The notes under the pieces were generated by a model. That model saw only the letters and a program-made list of their open reading frames with translations, did not search any database and was not told where the DNA came from. 64,000 bases of DNA, from NCBI RefSeq assembly GCF_947568905.1, contig NC_079171.1:38564001-38628000 (forward strand), written 5' to 3'. The stretch's first letter is position 1. Each line of letters opens with the position of its first letter. This document shows, piece by piece, positions 1 to 12,759 of the stretch. The stretch comes from Ostrea edulis (Eukaryota). The position numbers were made by a program, and so were the translations under genes.

Positions 1-74
1 TTTGGTACGAATCGTGTAGACACCAGACAACATAACCCCTTGCTCTGAGTGCAATGTTTGACAGTCGGTGTTCC
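1..74 (-). CDS. Exon 2 (cut by window edge): start of a fibrinogen C-terminal (FReD) domain
   Basis: Pyrimidine-rich acceptor ...AAATCCTTAG| at 75-76. The phase-1 join reads (G)NTDCQTLHSEQGVMLSGVYTIRTK, matching the DC...SGVYTI opening of FReD domains. Confidence 0.7.
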
Positions 75-1109
75 CTAAGGATTTAATACAAAGGAAGGTA
101 AAAATGTAAAGAAGGAAGCAGAATTTTACATGTAATATCTGTGGCAGATATTACCCCCATGGTTGTATACCCCCCCCCCCCCCCCCCACCTAATTTTGGT
201 TGAATATTTTTTTCCCTAATAATAGGTAATATTTTGCCATTTTTGAATCGTCAACCCACTTTCTTGATCGAAAAAGATGTAAACTTGGGTTACATCCCCA
301 TTTTTTGAATATTTTCTGGATCCGCCACTGAATATGAAATTAATAAATAAAATCGAAAGTCTGTCTCACCAGAGGGGCTTCTTATCCATTTTGTTATCAA
401 TATACAATTATATAAATATCTAACAAGGGATGACACGAAAATAGGATAGCGATTGTAAACAAATCTCAAAATCACCTTCAATCAGTTCCAAGAAACAGAT
501 CGAATTTTCCAATAAAAAGGTCGTTAAACATCTCGTAATACAAGTCCAACGTAGTCCGATCCTTTCGTATTTAATTCAATGAGTTTTACAAACGAAAACA
601 ATTCAAGCTGTCTGCATTGTCGCCGATCACGCACAGGAAAAGATAACTCCGGCAATGAAACTAACGTAGTCCAATCCTTTTATGTTGGATTTAATGAGCT
701 ATAAAGACTGGAGTGTTGTACACTGTATTTAAAATCAAGCTGGAATAAAATATGACCTTCCAAAGGAAAAAAATCCCGTTTTAAATACCGTCATTTGCGT
801 AAAAAAAAATCTAGGTTTTTCTTTCTGAATATAAACATTCCCGAGAGTGTCCGAAAGCTGCAAGTTTCATTGCAGAAGTTATCTTTTCCTGTGCATGATC
901 GACGACAATGCAGACTGCTTGAATTATTTTCGTTTATAAAACTCATTGAATTAAATATGAAAGGATCGAACTACGTTGGACTTGTATTACGAGATGTTTA
1001 ACACCCTTTGGATAGGAAGATTCGATCTGTTTCTTGGAAGTAAGGTGATTTTGAGCTTTGTTTACAACAACCTATTTTCGTGTCATCCCTTATTCCCCTG
1101 TGGTCTTAC

Positions 1110-1431
1110 CTGACACTTTTCGAAAATACTGCCACCCGACTTCGGAGCCTGTCAACGAGGCGTCAAGACATTGCTCATGCAGACGACATCTACTGTCCTT
1201 GACATGATGGCCGAAACACGTGCATATTTCTTGACACATGGCAGCGCATGTTATCAGAGATTTGTCCAAGAAATTTCCCAGTACACCGCCATCTCCAATC
1301 CTGTCGGTCAGCTCGGATGCGGCTAAATAACGCGACCGGACATGCACGGAGATCGCCGAACCGATGGATAATGTTAAAACTGAGACCAGTATCATTCTCT
1401 GAGAGACGGCACGAGGAAACATTGAGGCCAT
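1110..1431 (-). CDS. Exon 1 of a secreted PAN/Apple-like + fibrinogen-related-domain protein (signal peptide + Cys-rich PAN-like module)
   Basis: Hydrophobic N-terminus (MILVSVLTLSIGSAIS) then SLITCAAMCQEICTCFGHHVKDSRCRLHEQC. Donor TCAG|GTAAGA after 1110; 322 nt exon gives phase 1. Start could be Met 1431 or a downstream Met. Confidence 0.75.
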
Positions 1432-1593
1432 CTTGATTTAACGATAGAATTTTCAACACTAATTGGTTATAGAGTTCAACACAGCAATGATGATGCTTAT
1501 TCATCCAACAGAATTTTATATTGCGATCTCTAACTTTGAGATTGCCCATTAATATTCACAATGATCATCATCTGAAAAAAAAAACATTCTTGC

Positions 1594-1774
1594 CAGTGGC
1601 GGATCCACAGGAGGTGGGTTAGAGGACTTTTATTCCATCCGTTTTGTTGAAGATTTTCAACAAAAATGGTTGTTTTTGTTTGATTAATCCCCCCTCCTTT
1701 TAATAGGGGGAAGGTGACATGCACAACCTTGAGTTGTAACCCCACCCCTTTGAAATTTAACTGGAATCCGCCTG
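1594..1774. mobile_element. Short non-autonomous DNA transposon (MITE) of the CAGTGGCGGATC...GATCCGCC(A)CTG family
   Basis: Ends CAGTGGCGGATCC and GGAATCCGCCTG. Related ends at ~316-331, 5807-6240, 6517-6890, 9111-9487, 27410-27558, ~44190-44205 and 55408-55560. Confidence 0.6.
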
Positions 1775-2253
1775 ATTTATTTATTCCTCAGCTGCAAATT
1801 ATGATATATATTTAAATGTGTGACTTCCACTTCTTTAGAACTACGAATTACGGAGGAGGGAGGAGGGCTTGATTTCCTCTTCGTTACGTGACATACTCCT
1901 TGTTCAATCATCTTACCAGGAAGTTGAACCGTGTTCCTTACCGTCTTTTAAGATACTACCGCATTGTTTTGATTCCGGATGAACCTTAATCTCAAATAGT
2001 TACTAAGCCTTGTACATATTCTACTGTCAACATTGCGATATAACCATAACTATTTTTAGTCGGCATACAGCTCCACAGAAAAATTGTTATTTTATTTCAT
2101 GCATGTCCGACTTTAAATAAAGTTTTATTTCATTTGACTTGAACGTAAAACAAAACTCACAAATACCAAGTTAACAAATTCCTATACACATGTACTGATG
2201 ACTGTGCCGCTAATTCCGCTCCACTGTATGGTCACACTACTAAACCCGATGTA

Positions 2254-3078
2254 CTGTAAGTTGTACCGGACCCTCTACTGTAGAATGTGTGGACTGTAAG
2301 CTGTACCGGACCCTCTACTATAGAATGTGTGGACTGTAAGTTGGACACTCTACTGAAGAATTTGTGGACTGTAAGCTGTACCGGACTCTCTACTGTAGAA
2401 TGTGTAGACTGTAAGCTGTACCGGACTCTCTACTATAGAATGTGTGTACTGTAAGCTGTACCGGACTCTCTACTATAGAATGTGTGTACTGTAAGCTGTA
2501 CCGGACTCTCTTCTATAGAATGTGTGGACTGTAATCTGTACTGGACTCTCTAGTTTACTATAGAATGTGTGTACTGTAAGCGGTACCGGGCACTCTACTA
2601 TAGAATGTGTGGACTGTAAGCTGTACCGGACTCTCTACTATAGAATGTGTGTACTGTAAGCTGTACCGGACTCTCTTCTATAGAATATGTGTACTGTAAG
2701 CTGTACTAGACTCTCTACTATAGAATGTGTACACTGTTAAGTTGTACCGGACTCTCTACTATAGAATGTGTGGACTGTAAGCTGTAGCGGACACTCTACT
2801 ATAGAATGTGTGTACTGTAAGCTGTACCGGACTCTCTACTATATAATGTGTGTACTATAAGCTGTACCGGACTCTCTACTATAGAATATGTGGACTGTAA
2901 GCTGTACTGGACTCTCTAGTTTACTATAGAATGTGTGTACTGTAAGCGGTACCGGACTCTCTACTATAAAATGTGTGTACTGTAAGCTCTACCGGACTCT
3001 CTACTATAGAATGTGTGGACTGTAAGCTGTACCAGACTCTCTACTATAGAATGTGTGGACTGTAAGCTGTACTGGACT
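2254..3078. repeat. 40-bp minisatellite (~20 copies)
   Basis: Unit CTCTACTATAGAATGTGTGGACTGTAAGCTGTACCGGACT; period 40 read directly (e.g. 2401 vs 2441). Confidence 0.97.
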
Positions 3079-3787
3079 TGAAAAGTCTCTGTAAGTGACA
3101 CAGACAGTCGGGATAAACTTCGACGCTTCACGACAGCCTACTTCATGAAGCGCCCTAGTGCTTCATAAAACATCCACTGGTGTGAAGCGTTGCAGTTCAT
3201 ACCTTCGTGTATTTTAAAAAATGAAATTTATTTCTTAATTTTTAGATTCCACATTCATTTCTGTCGGAATTTTAATTCGTTAGAATACGCGTACTACATT
3301 TATCAAGATTCATACGCGCACTGTTCACAACTGCAGCGCATTCATGGGGAAAATGACTACCATCACAAATGATAACGATATAGAATGTAAGAACATTGGA
3401 AATGTAAATATTTACATGTAAATCTGTTTTCGATGACAACTAAATCTCAATCCAAATCAAAACATTTATATCAATCACGCCTCATTCCTCTAGCAAGAAA
3501 CTTATGTATCATGCGCTAGGAAAAGAAAAATAGATTCATTCCTTAAATCAGAATATAATATGTGACAGAAAAACTTAAATTTGTGGATTTACTGGATGAT
3601 ATTAATCAATATGGGAATTTTTGATATCTTTTCACCTTGGTAACGCTACATCTTCCATCTTTTCACCCTGCGTTATTTTCATTTTCAAGCATTTCGTCAA
3701 AATAAAGACTATTATGAACCCCAATTTAGTAATTTAGTCTATATTCTTGAGACACATACTACCCTCTTAAATCTGGATAATGGCCAG

Positions 3788-3999
3788 GGGCCCGTTTTAC
3801 AAAACAACTTACGACAAACTTTACATACTGGAATTTTCCGGTTTATTGTAAGGTTATTCACTCCAAATGCAACATATTTCTTTAAAATGTTGAAAATTAA
3901 GCCTCACAAAAGTTTTACTTTATTCACTTAAAGTAATAACTGTATAATACAATTTAAAGACTTGCGACTTTGTCGTAAGTTGTTTTGTAAAACGGGCCC
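3788..3999. mobile_element. PIF/Harbinger-type MITE (212 bp)
   Basis: 31-bp perfect TIRs GGGCCCGTTTTACAAAACAACTTACGACAAA; 3-bp TSD CAG at 3785-3787 and 4000-4002. Confidence 0.85.
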
Positions 4000-5004
4000 C
4001 AGGTCACTACACATTTCTTTCGTTCCATCCTCTCCAGATGAGTTCAGTGCAGTTTTCACCTTCATTTCGATTATAATTGCGATGTCCTTAATTATAGATG
4101 TGCACTGGATAACGGTATGATAGTACTCTTAGGTTCCATGGTAAGAACCCTAGGCTGTAAATAATGCTGCTTTATTTCCTAAAACATTAAAGCTTATCCT
4201 TGATGTAATATTAAAACGAGATAGGCATACAAATATATTTTTATATGCATGCTTTTATCTGATTTGTAAATAAGAAATTTTAAAAATAAATACCCTCATT
4301 ACTAAATCATGTATTCTACATAATACAAGGTTGGAGGAGATAAGACGGTGGAAGAGATATTTTCTGGCAGGGACAAAACAGGGACCTGGTTAAGGAGGAA
4401 TATACATGTATTGCAGATATTTATATTTCTCAAAAGAAAGTCAACCATTATGATGCCTTAAAGCAATACAAGTTGGAACTGACGGTGTTTTTTCAACTAG
4501 CACCAAATAACACATATCAGTTTAACTAATACAATCCCCCAAGATCTGAAGAAAAATTCAGAAAAATAAACAAGGGAATATTGTTTGAGACTATACCTAT
4601 AATGAGCGTTTCGTATACACCGCCATTGCGTCGTATACACGGACATGGGAACGATGATTGCCGAACATACTCGGGCTGCATGGTGAGACAGAAGTCATAT
4701 ACAAAGACAGAAACTAGCATGAGTAAAAAAGAAAAATAGATAAAACACCCCTACCTTAATATTGAATAAAACATCTCTACCTTATCTCAGAATAGCGATC
4801 ATTGCATGCACAAAATTTCTAACCAAGGACGTATTTTTGATGGAATTTATATGATATTGACTTAACTTAGTCTAAGACATACATTCTGCCCTGGAATTTC
4901 CTTTAAAGCGAACATACGCTGATATCTGCAGCAATATTTTGTATAAATCTCAATTTTCAAATGAGATTTTGAACGTAAATTTTGCAATATGTTTTAAGTG
5001 AAGA

Positions 5005-5152
5005 TAACAGAGATCGATCTCATAACTTTTATAAGCAATACAAAATTGAGAGAAAGGCAAACACGGGCCCCTGGATATACCAGAGGTGGGATCTGGTGCC
5101 TAGGAGGAGTAAGCATCCCCTGTTGACCGGTCACACTCACCGTGAGCCCTAT
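5005..5152 (-). mobile_element. 3' fragment of an abundant retroelement (probably Penelope-like)
   Basis: Same sequence (GGTGTGACCGGTCAACAGGGGATGCTTACTCCTCCTAGGCAC...) recurs at 15305-15525, 22520-22642 and 56205-56372. The Penelope-like assignment is from recollection of mollusc repeats. Confidence 0.6.
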
Positions 5153-5400
5153 CTAAATTTAGTGTGATTCTACATGCGATGCAATAACAAGGACGCGTGT
5201 ATGTACGACTGAACATGGAATTTGTTATTGCATGAACGACCTGTACGAGGTCATACTNNNNNNNNNNNNNNNNNNNNNNNNNNNNNNNNNNNNNNNNNNN
5301 NNNNNNNNNNNNNNNNNNNNNNNNNNNNNNNNNNNNNNNNNNNNNNNNNNNNNNNNNNNNNNNNNNNNNNNNNNNNNNNNNNNNNNNNNNNNNNNNNNNN

Positions 5401-8400
5401 TCCATACATATTTTATGTGCAAACCTTATCCTTTTTTTATGATCGTGCCTGCTTTCAAATCTAAAAATGGAAGTTTTGACAGGAATGACATTGAGCTCTA
5501 GAATTTCAAACGATATTACCATAGTTCCTATTTGGACTGGGGTTTTTCCCACTTAAAAATCAAGGGAATTGTAGACTAAGTAAGATTTTTTTGTATCTCT
5601 CTAACAACAATACTGCTCCGGGCGTTTTAAAAGAACAAGTGAAGATAGCGAACCGCCGATCCCACAAATCACACTAAAACTAAAATTAAGAGTAGGGTAA
5701 ACATGGTCCCCCGGACAAGTGGACCAGGTGTCTGGGAGATACATCAATGAGCTAGGAATGACGCAGCAAATTTACTACTACGATAGATTTTTGGTTTTCT
5801 TTTTTCAGGGGCGGATCCAGGAATTGCGGTTACGGGGGGGGGGGGGGGGCACTTTATGGGCAGTGGGTCCAGGGCGAAGCCATGGTGGGGGTACAGGGGG
5901 CTTAGCCCCCGGAAGCTCCTGGATTTTACAGATTTTATGGGGCTTGAAATATTTCTCCTATTTAGTCATTTGTACTATTTTCTATCATTTTAATAAGGTA
6001 AAATTAATAAAATGACCCACATTTTAAGGGGGTTTTGGAAAAAATTAAGTTTTCCCAATAAAGTAATTCAAGAAATCAAAAGATTTTGTCATTTATATCT
6101 CCGGGAGTGGGAAATTATTGCTTCTTTTATCATTTAGTACATTTTCCGAAACAAGATTCCGCGATTTACCTTAAATTTGAAAATTGTAGGGGGGGGGGGG
6201 GGGGGAGGCGCGCCGGCTGCGCCCCCTCTAAATTTGCCACCGATTTTAACTTTGAAAAAAAAGGGGTTTCAAAGCTTTTTAAGTTTCAAAAATATTTCTT
6301 TGCGATGTTTGATCAAAAGACTTTGTGTTCTTTCGATGATTTTAAATTTCTCTTGGATTAAATTGTATAAGGAGAATACATTACAAAATCACACTAAAAC
6401 TAAAATTAAAAGTAGGTTAAACATGGTCCCCCGGACAAGTGGACCGATACGACATCAATGAGCTAGGAATGACGCAGCAGATTTACTACTACGATAGATT
6501 TTTGCTTTTCTTTTTTCAGGGGCGGATCCAGGAATTGCGGTTACGGGGGGGGGGGCGCCACTTGATGGGCAGTGGGTCCTGGATTTTACAGATTTTATGG
6601 GGCTTGAAATATTTCTCCTATTTAGTCATTTGTACTATATTCTATCATTTTAATAAGGTAAAATTAATCAAATGACCCAAATTTTAAGGGGTTTTTGGAA
6701 AAAATTAAGTTCTCCCAATAAAGTAATTAAGAAATCAAAAGATGTTGTCATTTATTTCTCCGGGAGTGGGAAATTATTGCTTCTTTTATTGTTTGGTACA
6801 TTTTCCGAAACAAGATTCCGCGATTTACCTTAAATTTGAAAATGTTAGGGGGGGACGCGCACCGGCTGCGCCCCCTCTAAATTTGCCACTGATTTTAACT
6901 TTGCTGTATGTCTTTTCTTCCTTTTTTCCCCTGTCTCGTAAAATATTTAGCATTAAAGCTGTGACAACTTCAAATGATCAGCGACTCGTGTTATACATCT
7001 TTAACATTTAAAAAGGGGTTTCAAAGCTTTTTTAAGAAATGAAACTTATAATTCTTTCTTTTTTTTTGATGTATGTATCAAACGAAACATTGGACGGAAA
7101 ACTTCATCAATACGCGTAGTAGCGCATTGATGAAAAAGTTTTCCGTCCAATGTTTCGTTTGATACATGCATCAAACAAAGAATTATAAGTTTTATTTCTT
7201 ATCATTTAATTATGTTTTTAAGATAGAAAAACAAATACTTTCTCCCATCAAAAAGCTTGAATTAACGTTTTTGAAATGGCGCGTAGGAATACATATATGT
7301 AAGAATGAAACAACAACAAAACGGCATGGCTGTGCGTTTAGGTCAGGAACCGTTACTGTGCAGATTTAAATGGATTATACGCCAAATTAAAGGTGCAATG
7401 GTTAAAAGCTGAATTAAATATAAAGGAAGATAACAAGTGGTGACTGAATTTATGGTGCATTGTGTTGAAAGAGACGTTGAACACTAGTTGTGTCGTTGGA
7501 ACGGTGGAATGCAACTCGGCTCCATTTCAATATCGAGTAAAAAGTTCAACACCTCTTTATCTAAAACGCACTCGTTGACTGAGCCCCATATAACGCAGTT
7601 CAATTTCATTAATATTTACCAGATCAGAAGTCGCCACTTGCGCCGTCATGTTATCGATCTCGTAAAGCAGACGATTCATACCGGGAACTCGTGTAATCTG
7701 TCTACTTCTACCAGTAAGTGGTCTGCATCATCAAGTTGACTATTCTGTCACGTCATCGCTTATGTATGTTCTTTCTTTAAATTAATTTGTATTTTATTCA
7801 CATCTTTAGTTGTGCTTATTTTTGATAGCAATGAAAAACAAAAATTAAACGAATGCATGTCGCTCTATAAATGCTTGTGTGGAAATCCCGTTCTGTAAAT
7901 AGCGCTAGAATTAGAACGGGGAAGACGCATTCCAGAGAAAAGTAGTCCCGCGTGCTTAGTGCAGATGAACTCCGAACGAAATTTTGACAGAGAAATCAAA
8001 CGAATTTTTCAACCAATCAGCATCGTTGATATGTCATCACTTTAAAAGTTATTAAATGATTTAAGTTTCAAAAATAATTTTTTGCGATGTTTGATCAAAA
8101 AACTTGTGTTTTTTGGATGATTTTAAATTTCTCTTGGATTAAATTGTATAAGGAGAATACATTATAAGATACATGTGGTTATCGTTTTCATTTACCGAAT
8201 AAAATATTTATTTCAGAACTTAAGTATACACATCAAACACNNNNNNNNNNNNNNNNNNNNNNNNNNNNNNNNNNNNNNNNNNNNNNNNNNNNNNNNNNNN
8301 NNNNNNNNNNNNNNNNNNNNNNNNNNNNNNNNNNNNNNNNNNNNNNNNNNNNNNNNNNNNNNNNNNNNNNNNNNNNNNNNNNNNNNNNNNNNNNNNNNNN

Positions 8401-9805
8401 NNNNNNNNNNNNNNNNNNNNNNNNNNNNNNNNNNNNNNNNNNNNNNNNNNNNNNNNNNNNNNNNNNNNNNNNNNNNNNNNNNNNNNNNNNNNNNNNNNNN
8501 NNNNNNNNNNNNNNNNNNNNNNNNNNNNNNNNNNNNNNNNNNNNNNNNNNNNNNNNNNNNNNNNNNNNNNNNNNNNNNNNNNNNNNNNNNNNNNNNNNNN
8601 NNNNNNNNNNNNNNNNNNNNNNNNNNNNNNNNNNNNNNNNNNNNNNNNNNNNNNNNNNNNNNNNNNNNNNNNNNNNNNNNNNNNNNNNNNNNNNNNNTAA
8701 ATATCCATACATATTTTATGGGCATACCTTATTCTGTTTTCATGATCGTGCCTGCTTTCAAATCTAAAAATGGAAGTTTTGACAGGAATGACATTGAGCT
8801 CTAGAATTTCAAACGATATTGCCATAGTTCCTATTCGGACTGGGGTTTTTCCCACTTAAAAATCAAGGGAATTGTAGAATAAGCAAGATTTTTTTGTATC
8901 TCTCTAACAACAATTATGCTCCGGGCGTTTTAAAAGAACAAGTGAAGATAGCGAACCGCCGATCCCACAAATCACACTAAAACTAAAATTAAGAGTAGGG
9001 TAAACATGGTCCCCCGGACAAGTGGACCAGGTGTCTGGGAGATACGACATCAATGAGCTAGGAATGACGCAGCAGATTTACTACTACGATAGATTTTTGC
9101 TTTTCTTTTTTCAGGGGCGGATCCAGGAATTGCGGTTACGGGGGGCGCCACTTTATGGGCAGTGGGTCCTGGATTTTACAGATTTTATGGGGCTTGAAAT
9201 ATTTCTCCTATTTAGTCATTTGTACTATATTCTATCATTTTAATAAGGTAAAATTAATCAAATGACCCAAATTTTAAGGGGTTTTTTGAAAAAATTAAGT
9301 TCTCCCAATAAAGTAATTCAAGAAATCAAAAGATTTTGTCATTTATTTCTCCGGGAGTGGGAAATTATTGCTTCTTTTATCGTTTAGTACATTTTCCGAA
9401 ACAAGATTCCGCGATTTACCTTAAATTTGAAAATTTTAGGGGGGGGGGGACGCGCACCGGCTGCGTTCCCTCTAAATTTGCCACTGATTTTAACTTTGCT
9501 GTATGTCTTTTCTTCCTTTTTCCCCCTGTCTCGTAAAATATTTAGCATTAAAGCTATAGCAACTTCAAAAGATCAGCGACTCATATTATACATCTTTTAA
9601 CAAAAAAGGGGTTTCAAAGCTTTTTTAAGTTTCAAAAATATTTTTTTGCGATGTTTGATCAAAAGACTTTGTGTTCTTTCAATGATTTTAAATTTCTCTT
9701 GGATTAAATTGTATAAGGAGAATACATTATAAGGTACATGTGGTTATCCTTTTAATTTACCGAATAAAATATTTATTTCAGAACTTAAGTATACACATCA
9801 AACAC
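5401..9805 (+). repeat. Local tandem triplication of a repeat-derived unit (copies ~5401-6385, 6386-8240, 8697-9805), each containing a GGCGGATCC MITE
   Basis: Near-identical blocks, e.g. CACACTAAAACTAAAATTAA...GGTCCCCCGGACAAGTGGACC at ~5670, ~6390 and ~8973; bordered by N-gaps. Confidence 0.9.
7031..8065. mobile_element. ~1 kb non-coding insertion with 6-bp terminal direct repeats (TTTAAG) and a left-end foldback; Crypton-like non-autonomous candidate
   Basis: Absent from the sister copies at ~6278 and ~9623 (empty site GCTTTTTAAGTTTCAAAA). TTTAAG at 7031-7036 and 8060-8065; ~170-bp palindrome at 7033-7200. Confidence 0.7.
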
Positions 9806-9823
9806 AGAAACAGCATACCAATG

Positions 9824-10290
9824 AGTCTCTCTCTCTCTCTCTGTCTTTCTCATTCTCTCTCTTTCTCATTCTCNNNNNNNNNNNNNNNNNNNNNNNNNNN
9901 NNNNNNNNNNNNNNNNNNNNNNNNNNNNNNNNNNNNNNNNNNNNNNNNNNNNNNNNNNNNNNNNNNNNNNNNNNNNNNNNNNNNNNNNNNNNNNNNNNNN
10001 NNNNNNNNNNNNNNNNNNNNNNNNNNNNNNNNNNNNNNNNNNNNNNNNNNNNNNNNNNNNNNNNNNNNNNNNNNNNNNNNNNNNNNNNNNNNNNNNNNNN
10101 NNNNNNNNNNNNNNNNNNNNNNNNNNNNNNNNNNNNNNNNNNNNNNNNGATTCTCTCTCTTTCTCATTCTCTCTCTCATTCTCTCTCTCATTCTCTCCTT
10201 CATTCTTTCTCTCCCTCATTCTCTGTCTCTCTCATTCTCTCTGTCTCTCTTTCTCATTCTCTCTCTCTTTAGCTCTCTCTCTCTGTGTCA
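9824..10290. repeat. (CT)n/(CTCATT)-type microsatellite around assembly gaps
   Basis: Low-complexity CT-rich sequence interrupted by N runs. Confidence 0.95.
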
Positions 10291-11689
10291 TTNNNNNNNN
10301 NNNNNNNNNNNNNNNNNNNNNNNNNNNNNNNNNNNNNNNNNNNNNNNNNNNNNNNNNNNNNNNNNNNNNNNNNNNNNNNNNNNNNNNNNNNNNNNNNNNN
10401 NNNNNNNNNNNNNNNNNNNNNNAAGGTCTCTACTCTACTCGGTTTTTTAAATTATATATACAAGTTACACGTATCTCTGAAATCAGAAATAATAATGCTC
10501 AAATTACTGGCGAGGTTCATTACACACGTTTTGTATTCTAGAATGTAAAGCATTCATAAATATAAGAAAAGATTATCTGAGCTATTGTTAATACCAAAGA
10601 CTTGATGTTATCAAATTTACAGAACTAATGTCAACCCAAATACAAGAAATGTTTTTAAAAAACTCTTATGTTTATTTTGAAAATTTATGATGGTGTCTGT
10701 CCTCGTTGATCCCCAGATTTATATTTACATTTAGTCGTGTCTCCTTTACATCTATTGTACCCCTGACTAGTTTTGTTCATTAATGTACAAATGTAACTAT
10801 TGTACCTCGTGTACCAATAATTAATGGTGTAAGATAATAAACTGAACTGAGCGTGTGTTATATCTAAAAGCTTGATAACGTGCTTTGTTTATTCTCCATT
10901 CTCCCATTTCTGGTCCCCCACCGTTACGACGAATATCCTGTCGGTTTACTGAATGTAGCTTCTTGTACATATTTGCTTGAAATGACTAAATAAATTTACA
11001 ATACGAAGTTACACATGCTGAGAAGTCGTTAGCTAATACCAGATATAAAATATGCCATATTTCAGATTCGTTTCTCTGTTCATATTTATATTGCGATGAA
11101 GATTAAATATAGGAGACTGATGGGAACAATGAGAGTAACGTATCCGAGATTTGTATGGAAACTACTGACGCACTCAATTTTATTCAATTCTATTTATCCT
11201 TCAAAAAGCTTATTTTTTCCTTAACCATTTAAGGTACATGTAACTCAACAAATTAAAAATACTCAAATATAGCCTCGCGCATTCTATTTGGCTGTCATGT
11301 ACGCATTTCGGGGGGGGGGGGGGGGGGGGGGGTCCGGGCTTTTATTTTTCTCTCTTTTATTTTTATCTATTTTTTGTATTTTGGTGTTGTTTTATTATTT
11401 CACATTATGACGTAGGTAAATCAACCGCCATGATGACACTTTGCATATATAGTACTAGCATAAATAACTAGGCATTAACTGAGGAGTGTTACTGCATGCT
11501 ACTAAGTCAATACCGATAATGGTAGGCATTAAACTGAGTATTAGTAAGTCAATATGGATAACGATAGGCATTAAACTGAGTATTAAAAAAGTCAATATCG
11601 GTAATAATAGTGTGTACTGAGCAGAACGTGTATCCCTACACATTTGCGTCATTTCCTCAAGTATCTCCTCATAGGAAAGTGTGCAGATT

Positions 11690-12372
11690 AAGTCCTGAAC
11701 ATTTGCAGATTAAGTCCTAAACATGTAGAGATTAAGTCCTGAACGTGTGCAGATTTTAAAAGTCCTGTACATGTGCAGATTAATTCCTGAACATGTGCAG
11801 ATAAGTCCTGAACATGTGCTGATTAAGTCTTGAACATCTGCAGATTAAGTCCTGAACATGTGCAGATTAAATCTTAAACATGTAGAGATTAAGTCCTAAA
11901 CATGTGCAGATTAAGTCCTGAACATGTGCAGATTAAGTCCTGAACATGTGCAGATTAATTCCTGAACATGTGCAGATAAGTCCTGAACATGTGCTGATTA
12001 AGTCTTGAACATCTGCAGATTAAGTCCTGAACATGTGCAGATTAAGTCCTGAACATGTAGAGATTTAGGTCCTAAACGTGTGCAGATTAAGTCCTGAACA
12101 TGTAGAGATTTAGGTCCTAAACGTGTGCAGATTAAGTCCTGAACATGTGCAGATTAAATCTTAAACATGTAGAGATTAAGTCCTAAACATGTGCAGATTA
12201 AGTCCTGAACATGTGCAGATTAAGTCCTGAACATGTAGAGATTAAGTCCTAAACGTGTGCAGATTAAGTCCTAAACGTGTGCAGATTAAGTCCTGAACAT
12301 GTGCAGATTAAGTCCTGAACATGTGCAGATTAAGTCCTGAACGTGTACAGATTAAGTCCTGAACATGTAGAT
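11690..12372. repeat. 22-bp minisatellite (~30 copies)
   Basis: Unit ATGTGCAGATTAAGTCCTGAAC; period 22 (12301 vs 12323). Confidence 0.97.
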
Positions 12373-12383
12373 ATTTTGATTTG

Positions 12384-12465
12384 ATTTAAACATAGTTTAT
12401 TGAGAAACTCAACAGGATTGGGCAACAGGCATAACCTATGTAGGCCCTCTCCCTAGAGATCAGGG
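12384..12465 (-). mobile_element. LINE 3' UTR/tail
   Basis: Minus strand AGGGAGAGGGCCTACATAGGTTATGCC...CAATAAACTATGTTTAAATCAAATCAAA: polyA-signal-like motif followed by a short simple-repeat tail, typical of CR1/L2-group LINE ends. Confidence 0.6.
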
Positions 12466-12740
12466 AAGTGAAGATTCCACGGAGTGAGTTTCTGAGGAAA
12501 ACATTTCTACTAGGAATTTCCTGGTTTACTGTAGCTGTGTTCTGTACGGGATGAGTCCATTTTCGTGTCAGAAATATCGTCTGCATCACGATAATCGTCA
12601 ACAGGGTTGCAGACGGGTAAATGAGATTTTCAATTCGAAATGGAACGGCCAATTGTTTCAAAATATATCGTCTGATTTCACACGCCACCATGTCGCCTTG
12701 ATGAGAAGGTGCTACATGTATCCGTGACAACGACAACGTC
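12465..12740 (-). pseudogene. Truncated 5' fragment of a third B3GALT paralogue
   Basis: MVACEIRRYILKQLAVPFRIENLIYPSATLLTIIVMQTIFLTRKWTHPVQNTATVNQEIPS nearly identical to the N-terminus of 17066-18169; no catalytic domain; runs into the LINE tail. Confidence 0.9.
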
Positions 12741-12759
12741 TTTATTCTCACAAACTAAT

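Noticed and set aside
2254-3078. CRISPR-like appearance of regular arrays (also 11690-12372, 34785-35042, 60110-60965)
   Set aside because: Units are head-to-tail with no unique spacers, there are no cas genes, and the context is eukaryotic.
3119-3192. Nested small inverted repeats (CGCTTCAC/GTGAAGCG, ATGAAGC/GCTTCAT)
   Set aside because: Too short, single copy and no recognisable RNA family motif.
5100-10548. ORFs containing long X runs (also 20742-20993, 57309-57893)
   Set aside because: They are open only because they cross N-gaps or microsatellites.
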